From Pristiophorus japonicus (lineage: Eukaryota), in the NCBI RefSeq assembly GCF_044704955.1, contig NC_091995.1:49910001-49974000 (forward strand): a stretch of DNA of 64,000 bases. Direction: 5' to 3'. The first letter of the stretch is position 1. The number at the start of each line of letters is the position of its first letter. Made by a program: the position numbers and the translations under genes. This document shows, piece after piece, positions 36,181 through 48,649 of the stretch. The notes below the pieces were generated by a model. It searched no databases. It saw only the letters and a list, made by a program, of their open reading frames with translations, and had not been told where the DNA came from.

Positions 36181-36976
36181 ATGAAGCGATTGACGCAGGC
36201 TGCAGGCAGTCTGAGGCATTGGAAAGTAAAATTCGAGCGGTGTGCAATTCGGGCGCCTCATCCGACTTCTGCCGTACCGGATAGGTTAAAATATGGGCTC
36301 CCGGTCTGTAATGATACAAGCTAAAACAATACAGTTACATCCATATTACACGGGAGCTTTAAGTGTCATTTATTGAGGTTGTGGATTGAATACTGAAATA
36401 TAATTCTCAATATTAGCAAATTAACAGTGAAACCAACAAGTCAAGTGCTGTATATTTTTACAGCCTAATATAATATTATGTGAACTAACTTTGTCCAGTT
36501 GTGAATGAGAATAAGGACTCAAATGACCTGGAACTCTTTCTGGTTGAAGCGGATATCACCTCTTAAAAGAGGCAGGTATTTCAGGGAATTCAGGGTCAGA
36601 GTAATCTCCCGACCTAGTTCCGAATATTTAAATGGGTCGGAGAGGAATTGCCCAAATTATTTCTCGCAAATTGGCCTGGGTTCTCAATCTGTTTTTTTTT
36701 TGTATGTCGCAGGAGATCACGTGGTTTGTATAGTATACATATTGTGATACAAGAGGTATCACAATCGTGTGGGAAAGTGTAAATGGACCAAAGGGTTTCA
36801 GCTGTCCTTCATTCTTCGTATTATCTGAAGGAATGTGGAAGTCACAGCACTGGCCCCTTCTTCCAATATTGCTCAAAACAACCAGATTTGGAGTAGTATC
36901 TTAAATATCCGGAGATATTGATGAGACATAGAAATCAAAGATAGTTGAATTTCCAAAGCATGGTAATATTTGGGAA

Positions 36977-37162
36977 TAAAAACAGAAAATGCTGAAAATC
37001 TCAGCGGGTCAGGCAGCATCTGTGGAGCGAAAGCAGAGTTAATGTTTTGGGTCGACCCTAAATTCTAACTCGGTTTTCTCTCCACAGATGCTTCCTGACC
37101 CGCTGAGATTTCCAGCATTTTCTGTTTTAATTGCAGATTCCAGCATCCACAGTATTTTGCTT
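36977..37162. mobile_element. Penelope pLTR-derived fold-back insertion with 13-bp TSD
   Basis: About 75-bp inverted arms centred on GGGTCGACCC (37049-37058). TAATATTTGGGAA at 36964-36976 and 37163-37175. Confidence 0.85.
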
Positions 37163-37295
37163 TAATATTTGGGAAGTTTGGACTGCACTGCTGTTGAATA
37201 TGAACCCCTAGGACAAGAGGTCTCTGTAACGTTTCGGTTGGGCATTAAGACAAGCACAATATGGCTTGGTCTAACCTACCTTCACAGCGCCCATG

Positions 37296-38153
37296 TCAAC
37301 AATGCAAAGCTCGATGTGGAAGTAAGCTGTGAGGAGGACACAAGGAGACTTTAAAGTGATTTAGACAGGTTAATTAAATGGGCAATAAGGTGGGAAAATG
37401 TGCGATTATTTACTTTGGAAGGAAGAACAGTAACACAGATTAAGTTTTAATTGATGAGAGACTAGTAAATGTTGGTGTTCAGTGAAATTTAGGGGTCCTC
37501 GTACAGGAAACACAAATTTAGCATCCAGGTACAAGAAACAAACAGGAAGGCAAATGGCATGTTGACCTTTCTTGCAAGGTGATTGGAATAAATGAGTAGA
37601 GATTTCTTGCTACAATTGACCAGGGGATTTCTATGACCACACCTAGAGTATTGTGCACAGTTTTATTCGCCTTATCTGTGGAAGGATACATGTGCCTTAG
37701 AGATGGTGCAACAAAGGTTCACTAGATTGAATGCTGGAATGAGGTGATTGTCCTATAATGAGAGATTGAGTAGATTGGGCATATACTCTCTGGAGTTTAG
37801 AAGAATGAGAGCTGATCCCATTGAAACATATAAAATTCTGAGTGGGATTGACAGGGTAAACTCATGGCACATGATCAGACTAAGGGGTCGGCCATTTAAG
37901 ACTGAGGAATTGCTTCACCACGATGTTTGTGATTGTTTGAAATTCTCTGCCCCAGTTTCTGTGTATGATGATTAGTTGAGTATATTCAAGGTTCAGATAG
38001 ATACATTTTTAACTCTAGGGGATCCAAGGAATCTTGGGATTGGACTAGAGAGTGGAGTTCAGGTTGAACATCAGCGATGATCTTATTGCATGGGGAGTAA
38101 GCTTGAGTAGTCGTATGTCCTAGTCCTGCTCCCAATACCTATGTTCTTATGTT
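37296..38153 (+). mobile_element. Degenerate CR1 LINE 3' part
   Basis: SYNERLSRLGIYSLEFRRMR motif and a ctatgttcttatgtt tail. Confidence 0.85.
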
Positions 38154-38411
38154 TCAATAGATTCAATGTTGTTGATACCTTCAACCACATGTTCCGCTCC
38201 AAGTCCGACACTATACTGATATGGACATATCTGACCATTCCAGATCTCCCGACCGCACCCTAGTGTGGTTAACTAATCCCCATGGATTTCAGAGGTCCAA
38301 GAATCAGCACATTATCAATGATGCCAGAGCTGGTCATTATTTGCAGCTTTACCCGTATTGCTCCCATATTAAGAACTGAAAAATGGTGTTCTGGAGCGCC
38401 TATCTCTCTAA

Positions 38412-39145
38412 GGGAGCGAAATTGTCCAGCACCCCGATTGAACGTGGTAACTTTCTTGGGCCGAGACTTCAAGCGCCCGGCGCAGAAGTCCCACCCCCAC
38501 TGCGGAAATGCCTTTACCCCACTCAAACAAGCGGAGCACAATCTCGCATGCTCCAATTCCTTTGGGGATGGTAAACGGGACGCTGTGGGGATGTTGAAGG
38601 AAGTGGTACGTGGATGCTCTGCGGAGTGATGACGTGTTTCAAAGGCCTTCCCCTTAGATTGAAGGGGAGGGTCACTGGGCACTCTGTAAGGCCCCTGCTG
38701 GCCTCCAGTAGGACACCAAGGCAATGTGTGAACGGGTCTAAAGCCCGACACCAAAGAAAGCGTGCCGGGCTGCACGTTGACGGCCCAAACCACACTAAGG
38801 CCGCTATCATTGAACTGACCCGAGAGTCGGCCTACCAAAAAGATAATGGCCCGGCTGCTGCCGCCCTCCCTTTAACTAGCGTCATGAGAGAGGAAATCGG
38901 ATAGCTATGCGATCGCCTGCCTCGCGGCCCATGGGTATTAATGGGTTGGTGAGGGGCGCTGAGGTGTCGCCGCCCACGGTGACGATTCGTTCGCTGGTTC
39001 CACGGCCACCCGGATGCTAACCACAGGGTGTGGCTGTGCCATGGAAGCACCTCCGTCAGCTCCCAGGAAATTTCCCAGTTGGCCGTAGTGCCCCCTCCCC
39101 CAGGCAAAAAGTGGCTTGTGCTACAAAAAGGGACAATTTCGCCCT
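38412..39145. mobile_element. GC-rich non-autonomous TIR element (Harbinger-like)
   Basis: Inverted termini GCGAAATTGTCC / GGACAATTTCGC with G/C ends; no coding motifs. Confidence 0.6.
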
Positions 39146-40293
39146 CACTTCAGACGTTCTCCTAGTGATACTAAGCACCCATCGAAAAGAATACACTGCA
39201 AATGTAGAAATTAGAGCAGCATAACACCTTTCCTGCGCTCCACAGCGAGTGATAATTCATCAGGTCTATAATTCCAAGTTCCTCGCACCAGGCTTTACAT
39301 GTACTGAACCGACTGTCCAGCGAAAGATGATTCAGGGCAGGATGCAACTTCCAAGAGGTCTCTGTAGCTTGCTGCAGTAATATTGGGGCCTCCCTCCATT
39401 CATTGCTATCGATATGTGTAAGGACAGCTCACTCATTTCTGTGAGCTACACGGACAGCAATAAACCATCCACATGTTCTGCTAATGCATTTAACTCTCCA
39501 CCTTTAACACTCGCAGTTTCCAGCCACAAGCGGAACACCGGCGCCAGCATTTGTATGTGGCACTATGCAACACTTGTGACCATGAATCGCCAGCCCATTT
39601 CACACTCGGCTCCATTTTAAAAATAAAATCAGGTGGCGTATAAATTGCGTTGCTGAATTGCTAGCACGTGTACTGACTGCCCTACTGCTCAAGAAGTATT
39701 TCACCCCAGTCAGTGTAATAGACTTGTCTTCAGATCATGGGCATTATGTCCGCGAGCAGCGCTCCTGATAATTCAGGCACGTGGCAACAGTATTCCATAC
39801 ATTAATTTCAATGGAGATAAAATCAGGCATACGTCATGCACAATGTTACACTAGGCATTCCCAACACACAGCTCTACTCCTTAATTCTGACGGAGAAATG
39901 TTGGTAAAATTATTTCCATGTTACCTTATGGTGCTTAAACACGGTGCAGTAAATTGGATGAAGAACAAAAGAGAAATACTTAGGTAAAACGAAGATAGTG
40001 ATAATCTAGCATCAATACACATTTTTCATCAAATTATTCAGTACATCATTGAAAATGTGAGACATGTTTTGCTTGTGAGTCCTGTCCAAGAAGAATCCTC
40101 ACCAGTACTGCACAAGACACTTCCTGGAGTACTTTACCTTCTAAATAAATCAGTGTCAATTTCCAGACTTCAAAATCTTGCAATGCTGCTGTAACCTATG
40201 AATATAAAAAGTCCCCCCCCCCCACTCTGGTGATTAGAGGAGGGGCAACTGCCTAATCTGTTTGTTCAATGACTGTGACTAATGTCAGTAATA

Positions 40294-40335
40294 GGGTAAT
40301 CTGATTACCCCGTGGGCTCTCAGTCAGGTATAAAA
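40294..40335 (+). promoter_or_regulatory. Putative GPCR core promoter: palindromic P3 homeodomain site plus TATA box
   Basis: GGGTAATCTGATTACCC (40294-40310) and TATAAAA (40329-40335), 72 nt before the ATG at 40407. Confidence 0.6.
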
Positions 40336-40406
40336 CAGTGGTTAGTGTGAAGTCATTTCATCTACTTCTTAATTAGACGAGCCAGCAAGATCACCGCTTC
40401 TCGAAA

Positions 40407-40476
40407 ATGCGACGGCCAATAATTGTGCAGATAGAAGCAATTTTCTACCCGATTCTTGCAGCGATTGGTGTTCCTG
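40407..40476 (+). CDS. Exon 1 of a GPR139-like GPCR (MRRPIIVQIEAIFYPILAAIGVP)
   Basis: aaaATG, 23 codons + 1 nt, then a canonical G|GTAAGT donor. It encodes the first half of TM1 and is phase-compatible with the acceptor at 1064/1065 of the paralog. Confidence 0.85.
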
Positions 40477-42104
40477 GTAAGTCATTCTGATCAATTGTTA
40501 TTCCCCTTACTGATGGTTAACAGTATCCAAGCTCTTGCTGTCCAGCAACATTGGGGTAGATCTTGACTTTGTGCTATGCTGTAAAGTGGGTGATAGGGAA
40601 TGAGCCATCTGCTTTACATCTCTCCTGGAGTTTATTTCCACTGACTTCAATTAAATAAATAATCGGGGGAGATGCAAATCACGCTGCCGATTCGCTATCA
40701 CCGTTTGACATCATCGCACTAAGTCATAATCTGCCAATCTCTATTTCTGTTCCGATGTTTTCACGCAGTTAGTTATAGCTATCGTCCCAGTAAAGTCAAT
40801 GGAATAGGGAATCGGACGAGGTGTATAATGGGAGGTGATTTGGAAATCCCTCAGGTTACAACATTGATCGAAGTTAATATTACACCCTGTCTAATTTGAG
40901 TTTCCATTGGGTGGATTTCTGCTTTTAGTTATGAACGAAAATCAGTAAGTAGATTATTGGCTGCGGATGTTACAACTCGCTCGACCTTTGCTTACGTTGA
41001 ATTCATTGAAAATGAAAGTCCAGTGCCGTGTAAAACACGCGGCTGATTGACACAAGCCGGTTTCTGCCGGGCAGCAAAAGTGAAAATTCACCCCCAGTGA
41101 AGTTCATGGGAGCACAATAGGTGGAGGTGCAAAACTGGTTGGTTCAGTTTCCCACTCGGCAGATTAAGTTAACATTAGCCCAGAGCCTCATCTACAAAAT
41201 GAGGAAGGAGATGCTCGTTCGTGACCTGTGGCACTATCCGTGTATGGAACAATCCCGATACAACAGTAAGCCCCCAACACTGGGTGCCCATGAGGCACTG
41301 TGGTCACAGTTCCAGTGAAAGTGTTTACCACCAATGTCTCACTCCTCCAATATCATCCAGCCAGGAGACCAATCCGGGTTTAATGCTGAGTGTTGAAAAA
41401 TGTGCGTCATGTACGCCATTAATAGCTAATGAGAGACTCATTTGTTTACTTTGTTGCTGGGACGTGGGTGACGCTGACAAGGCTACATTTATTACCCAGC
41501 CTGAGTTTCCAGGAAAAGCGCCTATTGAGTAGCATGCTGGAAGTGGTTCCAATGAAGATTATGTCAAATTTGGGCATTAGCGACAAAATGGACAATATCC
41601 AATTGAGCACCCATTGTGTGCCCGCTGGATTCCCCTTCCATTGACTCCAGTGGATGGACAATGGGAAGCGGTGTATGAAGGGTGGATAACTTCATATCAG
41701 CAATTTTACATAATGGGCCAATGGTAAAATGAACCCCAATGTGCTTCTTAATGCGAGCAGACAGACTATTACACTGTGAATCCTCACATCATTAGATTAC
41801 AGAGCAGTATCAATCAGATTATTTGTAATAAAGGAAACTAATCCATGACAATGCGATAGAGTAAATACTCGTGAAGTCAGTGAAATGAAATATCGTCCAG
41901 TTGGATAACGGACCACGGATCCGCTTTCGCCTGTTTCACACTATCGCCACTGTTAACATTATCCCCCAATGTGTGTTCTCTGAATCGGTGGGGACGATCT
42001 TTCTTTGCAACTTTGTGGATATAAACTGATGCAATCTGGAGACAATCACTTCATGCCACAGCACTTTGTTGTTTCCTTGAAATAATTCCCAGAATAAATT
42101 CGAC

Positions 42105-43907
42105 ATTTTGTGACAATCACTCGCTATCTGATCACCATGGAAATCGCGGATCTTTTGGTCATGATATTTGACGTGATACTGTATGCGACCAACGATATTT
42201 ATTTCCCATATTCATCCTGAACTATACTTCCGTCTGCAGAATCAATCTCTCTTTGATTTATTGTGTCATTGATTGCTCAGTCTAGTTCATAGTGACTTTC
42301 AGTTTTGATCGCTTTGTAGCCATTTGTTGCTGGAATTTGAGAACTAAATATTGTACCGAAAGAACCGCAGCTATCGTTATACTGACAGTTTGTTGGTTGA
42401 GCTTTTTAGAAAATGCTCCAATGTATTTTAAATATGAACCCTCGGAAATAATTGACAATGCCTGGTGGTTCTGTACTGTTCAGTCCAGCATCCATACCTC
42501 TCCTGCCTGGATGGCCCATCTCTGGTTGGACAGCATTTTAACACCATTAACCCCATATCGCCAAGTTTGTAGATGACACTAAGCTGGATGGCAGTGAGCT
42601 GTGAGGAAGACGCTAAGAGGCTGCAGGGTGACTTGGACAGATTAGGTGAGTGGGCAAACGCATGGCAGATGCAGTATAATGTGGATAATTCTGAGGTTAT
42701 CTACTTTGGTGGCAAAAACACGAAGGCAGAATATTATCTGAAAGGCGGCAGATTTGGAAAAGAGGAGGTGCAACGAGACCTGGGTGTCATGGTACATCAG
42801 TCATTGAAAGATGGCATGCAGGTACAGCAGGCGGTGAAGAAGGCAAATGGTATGTTGGCCTTCATAGCTAGGTGATTTGAGTATAGGAGCAGGAAGGTCT
42901 TACTGCAGTTGTACATGGCCTTGGCGAGGCCTCACCAGGAATATTGTGTGCAGTTGTGGTCTCCTAATCTGAGGAAGGACATTTTTGCTATTGAGGGAGT
43001 GCAGCAAAGGTTCACCAGATTGATTCCAGGGATGGCAGGACTGACGTATGAGGAGAGACTGGATCAACTGGGCCTGTATTCACTGGAGTTTAGAAGGATG
43101 AGAGGGGATCTCATAGAAACATATAAAATTCTGACTGGACTGGACAAGTTAGATGCAGGAAGAATGTTCCCGATGTTGGGGAAGTCCAGAACCAGGGAAT
43201 ATAGTCTAAGGATAAGGGGTAAGCCATTTATGATTCAGATGGGGAGAAACCTCTTCACTTAGAGAGTTGCTAACCTGTGGAATTTTCTATCACAGAGAGC
43301 TGTTGATGCCAGTTTATTGGATATGTTCAAGAGGGTGTTGGATATGGTCCTTGCGGCTAAAGGGATAAGGGGTATGGAGAGAAAGCAGGAAAGGGGAACT
43401 GAGGTGAATGATCAGCCATGACCTTATTGAATGGAGGTGCAGGCTCGAAGGGTCGAATGGCCTACTCCTGCACCTATTTTCTATGTTTCCATTTGCTACA
43501 TTTGTTTTGATTTTCCTCCTCACCACTTTGACCATCAGACATATTATAGAAGCTAATCCTTTCCGCAGGAGAATGCAAGGCAGCAATGGTGAGAATCACA
43601 AATATCTCGAGCTGAGGAATCGAAGGAAGTCGATCATCTTCCTGCTTGCCATATCTGGTAATTTTGTATTGCTGTGAATGTTGGCACTTATATATTACAT
43701 TTGAATACAAATGACAGATTCGGATTTTTTTCGGGCAGATTACACCGACCCTTTCACCATCATGGATAAAATGGGCTATCTGCTTCAGCGGCTCAGTTCC
43801 TGCACCGACATCTTTATTTGGCAGTGGCCCAGACTAAATACAGAGAGGAGTTAATGAACACGGTTAAAAGTCTCTTCACTCTAATTATTAATTCAATGAA
43901 ACATTGA
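42105..43907 (+). pseudogene. Exon 2 of a disabled GPR139-like GPCR
   Basis: Aligns to 1065-1999 (TFSFDRFVAICC..KYCTERTAA..NRRKSII). Lesions: no AG at the expected acceptor, a 42-nt deletion, a frameshift near 42215, TAG at 42283, a CR1 insertion in TM5 and TGA at 43675. Confidence 0.92.
42549..43488 (+). mobile_element. 5'-truncated CR1 LINE inserted in GPCR TM5
   Basis: RT C-terminus and ttctatgttt tail. Candidate TSD CCATT at 42544-42548 and 43489-43493. Confidence 0.9.
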
Positions 43908-45489
43908 TGTGAACAAGTTTGCTTCATAGGTAACTAGAACCCACATTGCTTCACAATCTTACCTTCGCAAAACAGAGCAATAAAGGTTAGATTTTCAATC
44001 GAAAGGAAGTCAGGTTCGATACTGGGTGGTTTATCAGCTCCGTCACTCATCACTCGCACCATGCAAGTGTAAATATACCGCGAGCAGTTACACTGTAGCC
44101 TCAGAATGTTGCTCCTCAGAAGGGACAATAAAGAATCTGCACCTCTTTTTTACATTGTGAAAGATTTTCCTTTTCAGGGAAATTGGGCGCCTGTATCACG
44201 TGCCATTCACTATCGGCCGTTTCCGTTTACTGGCAAAGTCCAATCTCTTCCCCAAAGTTTGTGTTCGCAAAATATTCCTCTACACAGAATTTTGTCAGTG
44301 GTGTAAATTCTTCATAGTACCCCTTCCCTCTCAATAAACACGTCAGAAGTTTTGAGGGGCAGAAGTGGCACTGCGGGATTTGCGCTCCGTGCCTTGTCCA
44401 TTGGAACTGGGTTGGGACGGAGGCTTTTGCAGAGACAGGTCAATTTTAACCTGCCTCGCCTGGCGGATAGTCCACGGCATCGGGTGGAACACCCGGTTTA
44501 CAACCCGCTCGAGATTACTCTCAGCTGACGTTATTGATGAGTGGTTCTAAATATGTGGGGTGAAATCCAACGCTGTGTCGATTCGGTCAGTTTCCTGACG
44601 GGCGGGTCAGGTTAAATTGCAGTTGAGACGAGTCTCGGAGGGGCAATGCCAGCTTCGCATCAGTGACTCGCATCGACACCAAAGGTCCAATGTAAATGTC
44701 ACTTTAGAAATGTCCTCACCGGTAGACCCTTGAAAACAAATGAATTTCGCCGCAGTGGTATGTTTCGTTTCTTTAAGGTGAAGTTTGATTCAATCAAATT
44801 GTTATTTCTTGAACCATCAGTGAAAGCTGAATGGTCGCTCTGAGAACATCTTCACTGGGATGTTAAAGTATATTTCAAGAATTGTTTCCACTTCAACTCA
44901 TCTGGGAGTAAAAGTACTTTTGATTCAAATGGATAAATATCAAATGGTCTCAATATTGAATTTACTCAAGCCTTTAGGAGCAGTACATGTCCTGCTCTCA
45001 TAACAATAGGACAGAAAAGCAAGCGGGATAATTTACCCTTTTGACAATAATGTACAAGACCCGACACCCCCTTATACACCTCGCCCGAATTTCCTGTCGA
45101 TTTACTTCCATGATATGGAAAATCGGGAGGGCGAATGATGTGCAGCCGATCCGATGTCGCCTGTTTAATATTGTTGCCAACAGTTAAACATTCTCCAAAT
45201 TAGTTGAGAAGATAACGAGATATAGCTAGAAATTGGTCCTCATGTCTGTTTTACATGTGCAAGGAAGGTCAATTTTAGAAACACTTGTCCGGTGTCCAAT
45301 CAACGCCAGAATTAGAGGCACTGCTGTAATTGCATAGTCAGCCCCTCAGGCGCTGGTGCACGCGCCTAAAACAGGCGTTAGGCCCGGTAGATATATAATT
45401 GCAGGCCTAACATCTGTTTCAGGACCCCTGCACTAAATTGGAAGCAATGTGAGGAGCAGGCTCTGGGCTTTCTCTGCTGATATTCATTC

Positions 45490-47100
45490 ATCATTCTGAA
45501 AAGGACCCATTTGTCCAGACTCTCTGCTTCCTGTCTGCCAACCAGTTCTCTATGCACGTCAGTACATTACCCCCAATACCATGTGCTTTAATTTTGCACA
45601 ATAATTTCTCGTGTGGGACCTTGTCAAAAGCCTTTGGAAAGTCCAAATACACCACATCCACTGGTTCTTCCTTGTCCACTCTATTAGTTGAATTCTCAAA
45701 AAATTCCAGAGATTTGTCAAGCATGATTTACCTTTCATAACTCCATGCTGAATTGGACTGATCCCGTCACTGCTTTCCAAATGCGCTGCTATTTCATCTT
45801 TAATAATTGATTCCAACATTTTCCCCACCACCAATTTCAGACTAACTGATCATTAATTAACCGTTCCTCCCCCTCCCTCCTTTTTTAAAAAGTGGTGTTA
45901 CATTTGCTACCCGCCAGTCCAAAGGAACTGATCCCGATTCGATAGACTGTTGGAAAATGATCACCAAGGCATCCACTATTTCTAGGGCCACTTCCTTAAT
46001 TACTCTAGGATGCAGACTATCATGCCCCAGGGATTAATCGGCCTTCAATCCCATCAATTTCCCTAACACAATTGTCCACCTAATAAGGATTTTCTTCAGT
46101 TCCTCCATCTCATGAGACCCTCGGTCCCCTCGTATTTCTGGAAGGTTATTTGTGTCTTTGTGAAGACAGAACAAAAGTATTTGGTCAACTGGTCTGCTAT
46201 TTCTTTGTTCCCCATGATAAATTCACCTGAATCTGACTGCAAGGGACCTACATTTGTCTTCACATATCTATAGATATGTGAAGAGAAAAAGATTAGTGAA
46301 AACAAACGTAGGTCAGTTTTTATGTTCCCAGCAAGCTTCCTCTCATAATCTATTTTCCCCCTCCTAATTAAACACTTTGTCCTCCTCTGCTGGATTCTAA
46401 CTTTCCCCCAGTCCTCAGGTTTGCTGCTTTTTCTGGCCAATTTATATGCCTCTTCCTTGGATTTAAAACGATCTTTAATTTCCCTTGTTAGCCACGGTTG
46501 AGGCACCTTCCCCATTTTATTTTTACTCCAGACAGGGAAGTACAATTGTTGAAGTTCATCCATGTGATCTTTAAATGTTTGCCATTGCCTATCCACCGTC
46601 AACCCTTTACGTATCATTTACCAGTCTATTCTAGCCAATTCACGTCTCATATCATCGAAGTTACCTTTCCTCAAGTTCAGGACTCTAGTCTCTGAATTAA
46701 CTGTGTCACTCTCCATCTTAATAAAGAATTCTACCATATTATGGTCACTCTTCTCCAAGGGGCCTCGCACAACAAGATTGCAAATTTGTTCTTTCTCATT
46801 ACACATCGCCCAGTCTAGGATCGCCAACCCTCTAGTTGGTTCCTCGACATATTGGTCTACACAACGATCCCTAATATACTCCAGGAAATCATCCTGCACC
46901 TTATTGCTACCAGTTTGGTTAGCCCATCTATATGCAGATTAAAGTCGCCCATGATAATTGCTGTACCTTTTTTGCATGCATCCCTACTTTCTTGTTTGAT
47001 GCTGTCCCCAACTTCACTACTACTGTTTGGTGGTCTGTACAGAACTCCCACTCACATTTTCTGCCCTTTGGTATTCCGCAGCTCCACCCATGCAGATTCC
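45490..47100 (-). mobile_element. Internal CR1 ORF2 fragment (endonuclease to RT)
   Basis: Minus-strand YRPPNS, IMGDFN, SDHNMV and VVYLDFPKAFDKVPH motifs. Confidence 0.9.
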
Positions 47101-47465
47101 AAAGCTTTGCAAGGAGCTTGTGCATGTTGCAGAGCAGTGAGTGCAGTCTGAATTCAGTAGCTGGAGTTCAGATTGTGGCGTGGTAGGTACAACGGATGCA
47201 AGTGATCGCCACTGAAGCTTGTAAAGCAGATTTCATACTATTCTGGTTTTACACTTGGTCGAGTAACTAACGTTATCAGGGTGAGACAATTCCCTCCAGT
47301 AAATCTGACTATGGGTCATTGCAGATGAAAAGTTCACTATCAGTCTAGATTTACAGCATCACTTTGTGTCCGTGCGAAAATGAAACGGCCTGCAACTGAC
47401 GATGGGTTTGCGGTGTAAATACATTCAGCAAGCAGGATTCAGCAGTGAGAGGACAGTACACTGCT

Positions 47466-48136
47466 TGTAAGAAATTATGAATCTGAAGAAATTGCGAAAT
47501 ACAAAAGAAATAATGATTATATAAATGAAGTAATGATGTCTGCTCAGCAGAAACAGAGTGCCACGATTGATACGAGGTCAAGACACGAATTAAAGGCCGT
47601 CCAGCAGACATGATTAAACTGAAAACGGAGGTTGCAAGAAGCTGTAGGTTTAACAAACTCCCTATAGAAGAACATCAAAACATTTAGAAAAGAGATAAGG
47701 GAAAAATAACCTCATGAGGATTGGAGGGAGCTGTCAAAGATACTCACTCCCCTGTAATTGGACCATGGAATGGGTAAAAGTGATTGTTGCAAGGTAACCA
47801 CCATCCCACCGAAACAAGGTATAACAACTGGTAACCGAGAGAGAAACAGGCAGACTGAGGAGAGGTTTCCTCAAGGTAGACCTCATGCTGGCTTCGGACT
47901 AACACCTCCACCAGCTCGGCATCTGCTCCGAGACCACCGTTCTCCCTCAACGTCCGTCCGTTCCATTCCAGGGCCGTAGATCATTCTCATCTGTCACGGG
48001 TTGTATGTCTATTATATCTATCTTCATCGCGTGTTGTATCTGAATTTGCTTATAACTGCTACTCCTTAATAAAACGTCTTACAACTTGTAAGCCCCTTTG
48101 GGTAATCTGTGTGTGACCTCTGCTCCAAATCTTACA
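47466..48136 (+). mobile_element. Solo LTR (671 bp) with 4-bp TSD, related to the LTR at 54509-55110
   Basis: TGTAAGA...TCTTACA termini, TSD TGCT (47462-47465, 48137-48140), AATAAA at ~48068. Colinear with the reverse complement of 54509-55110. Confidence 0.88.
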
Positions 48137-48649
48137 TGCTGGAATTTCTGACATGCCCTCACTTCCAGATTCGCCCTTATCCCGCCGATATACCTGATCT
48201 GACTGTAGGTGCTTTTCTTTATCAGAGGCCGGGAGACCATAGTCGTGTCCCACATGACCCACACTGCAGTTCGCAGGTGCTTTCCCTGACCTTAAGTGGC
48301 TGACATTCTGGACCTGGCCCGCGCTGCCATTCCCTGCCTTGTTGTACCGTCATACACAAACTAACCTCTGTTGCCTAACCAGATAAAATTCTACACCTGT
48401 TATCTCTTTGCAGTTTATCCATTTATCATATGTAATGCGAAAATAAAAACCAAGGTTTTCAACTTTAGCACCAAGTTAGCAAATGACCGCTTTAACAGAG
48501 AAATAGTGGATGAATGCATAAAGCGAATTCGGATGGTTAAAGGATTCGGTACAGTAGATAGAGACAAACTATTTCCCCTCAGCCTTCTCTTTTCTCGATA
48601 TATGATTACAGAATGCTCAGCCTTTCCTGGTAACTATGACTTCTCTGTT

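Noticed and set aside
48141-48497. Possible further LTR end (AATAAA...TTAACA)
   Set aside because: No matching 5' terminus or TSD could be identified.
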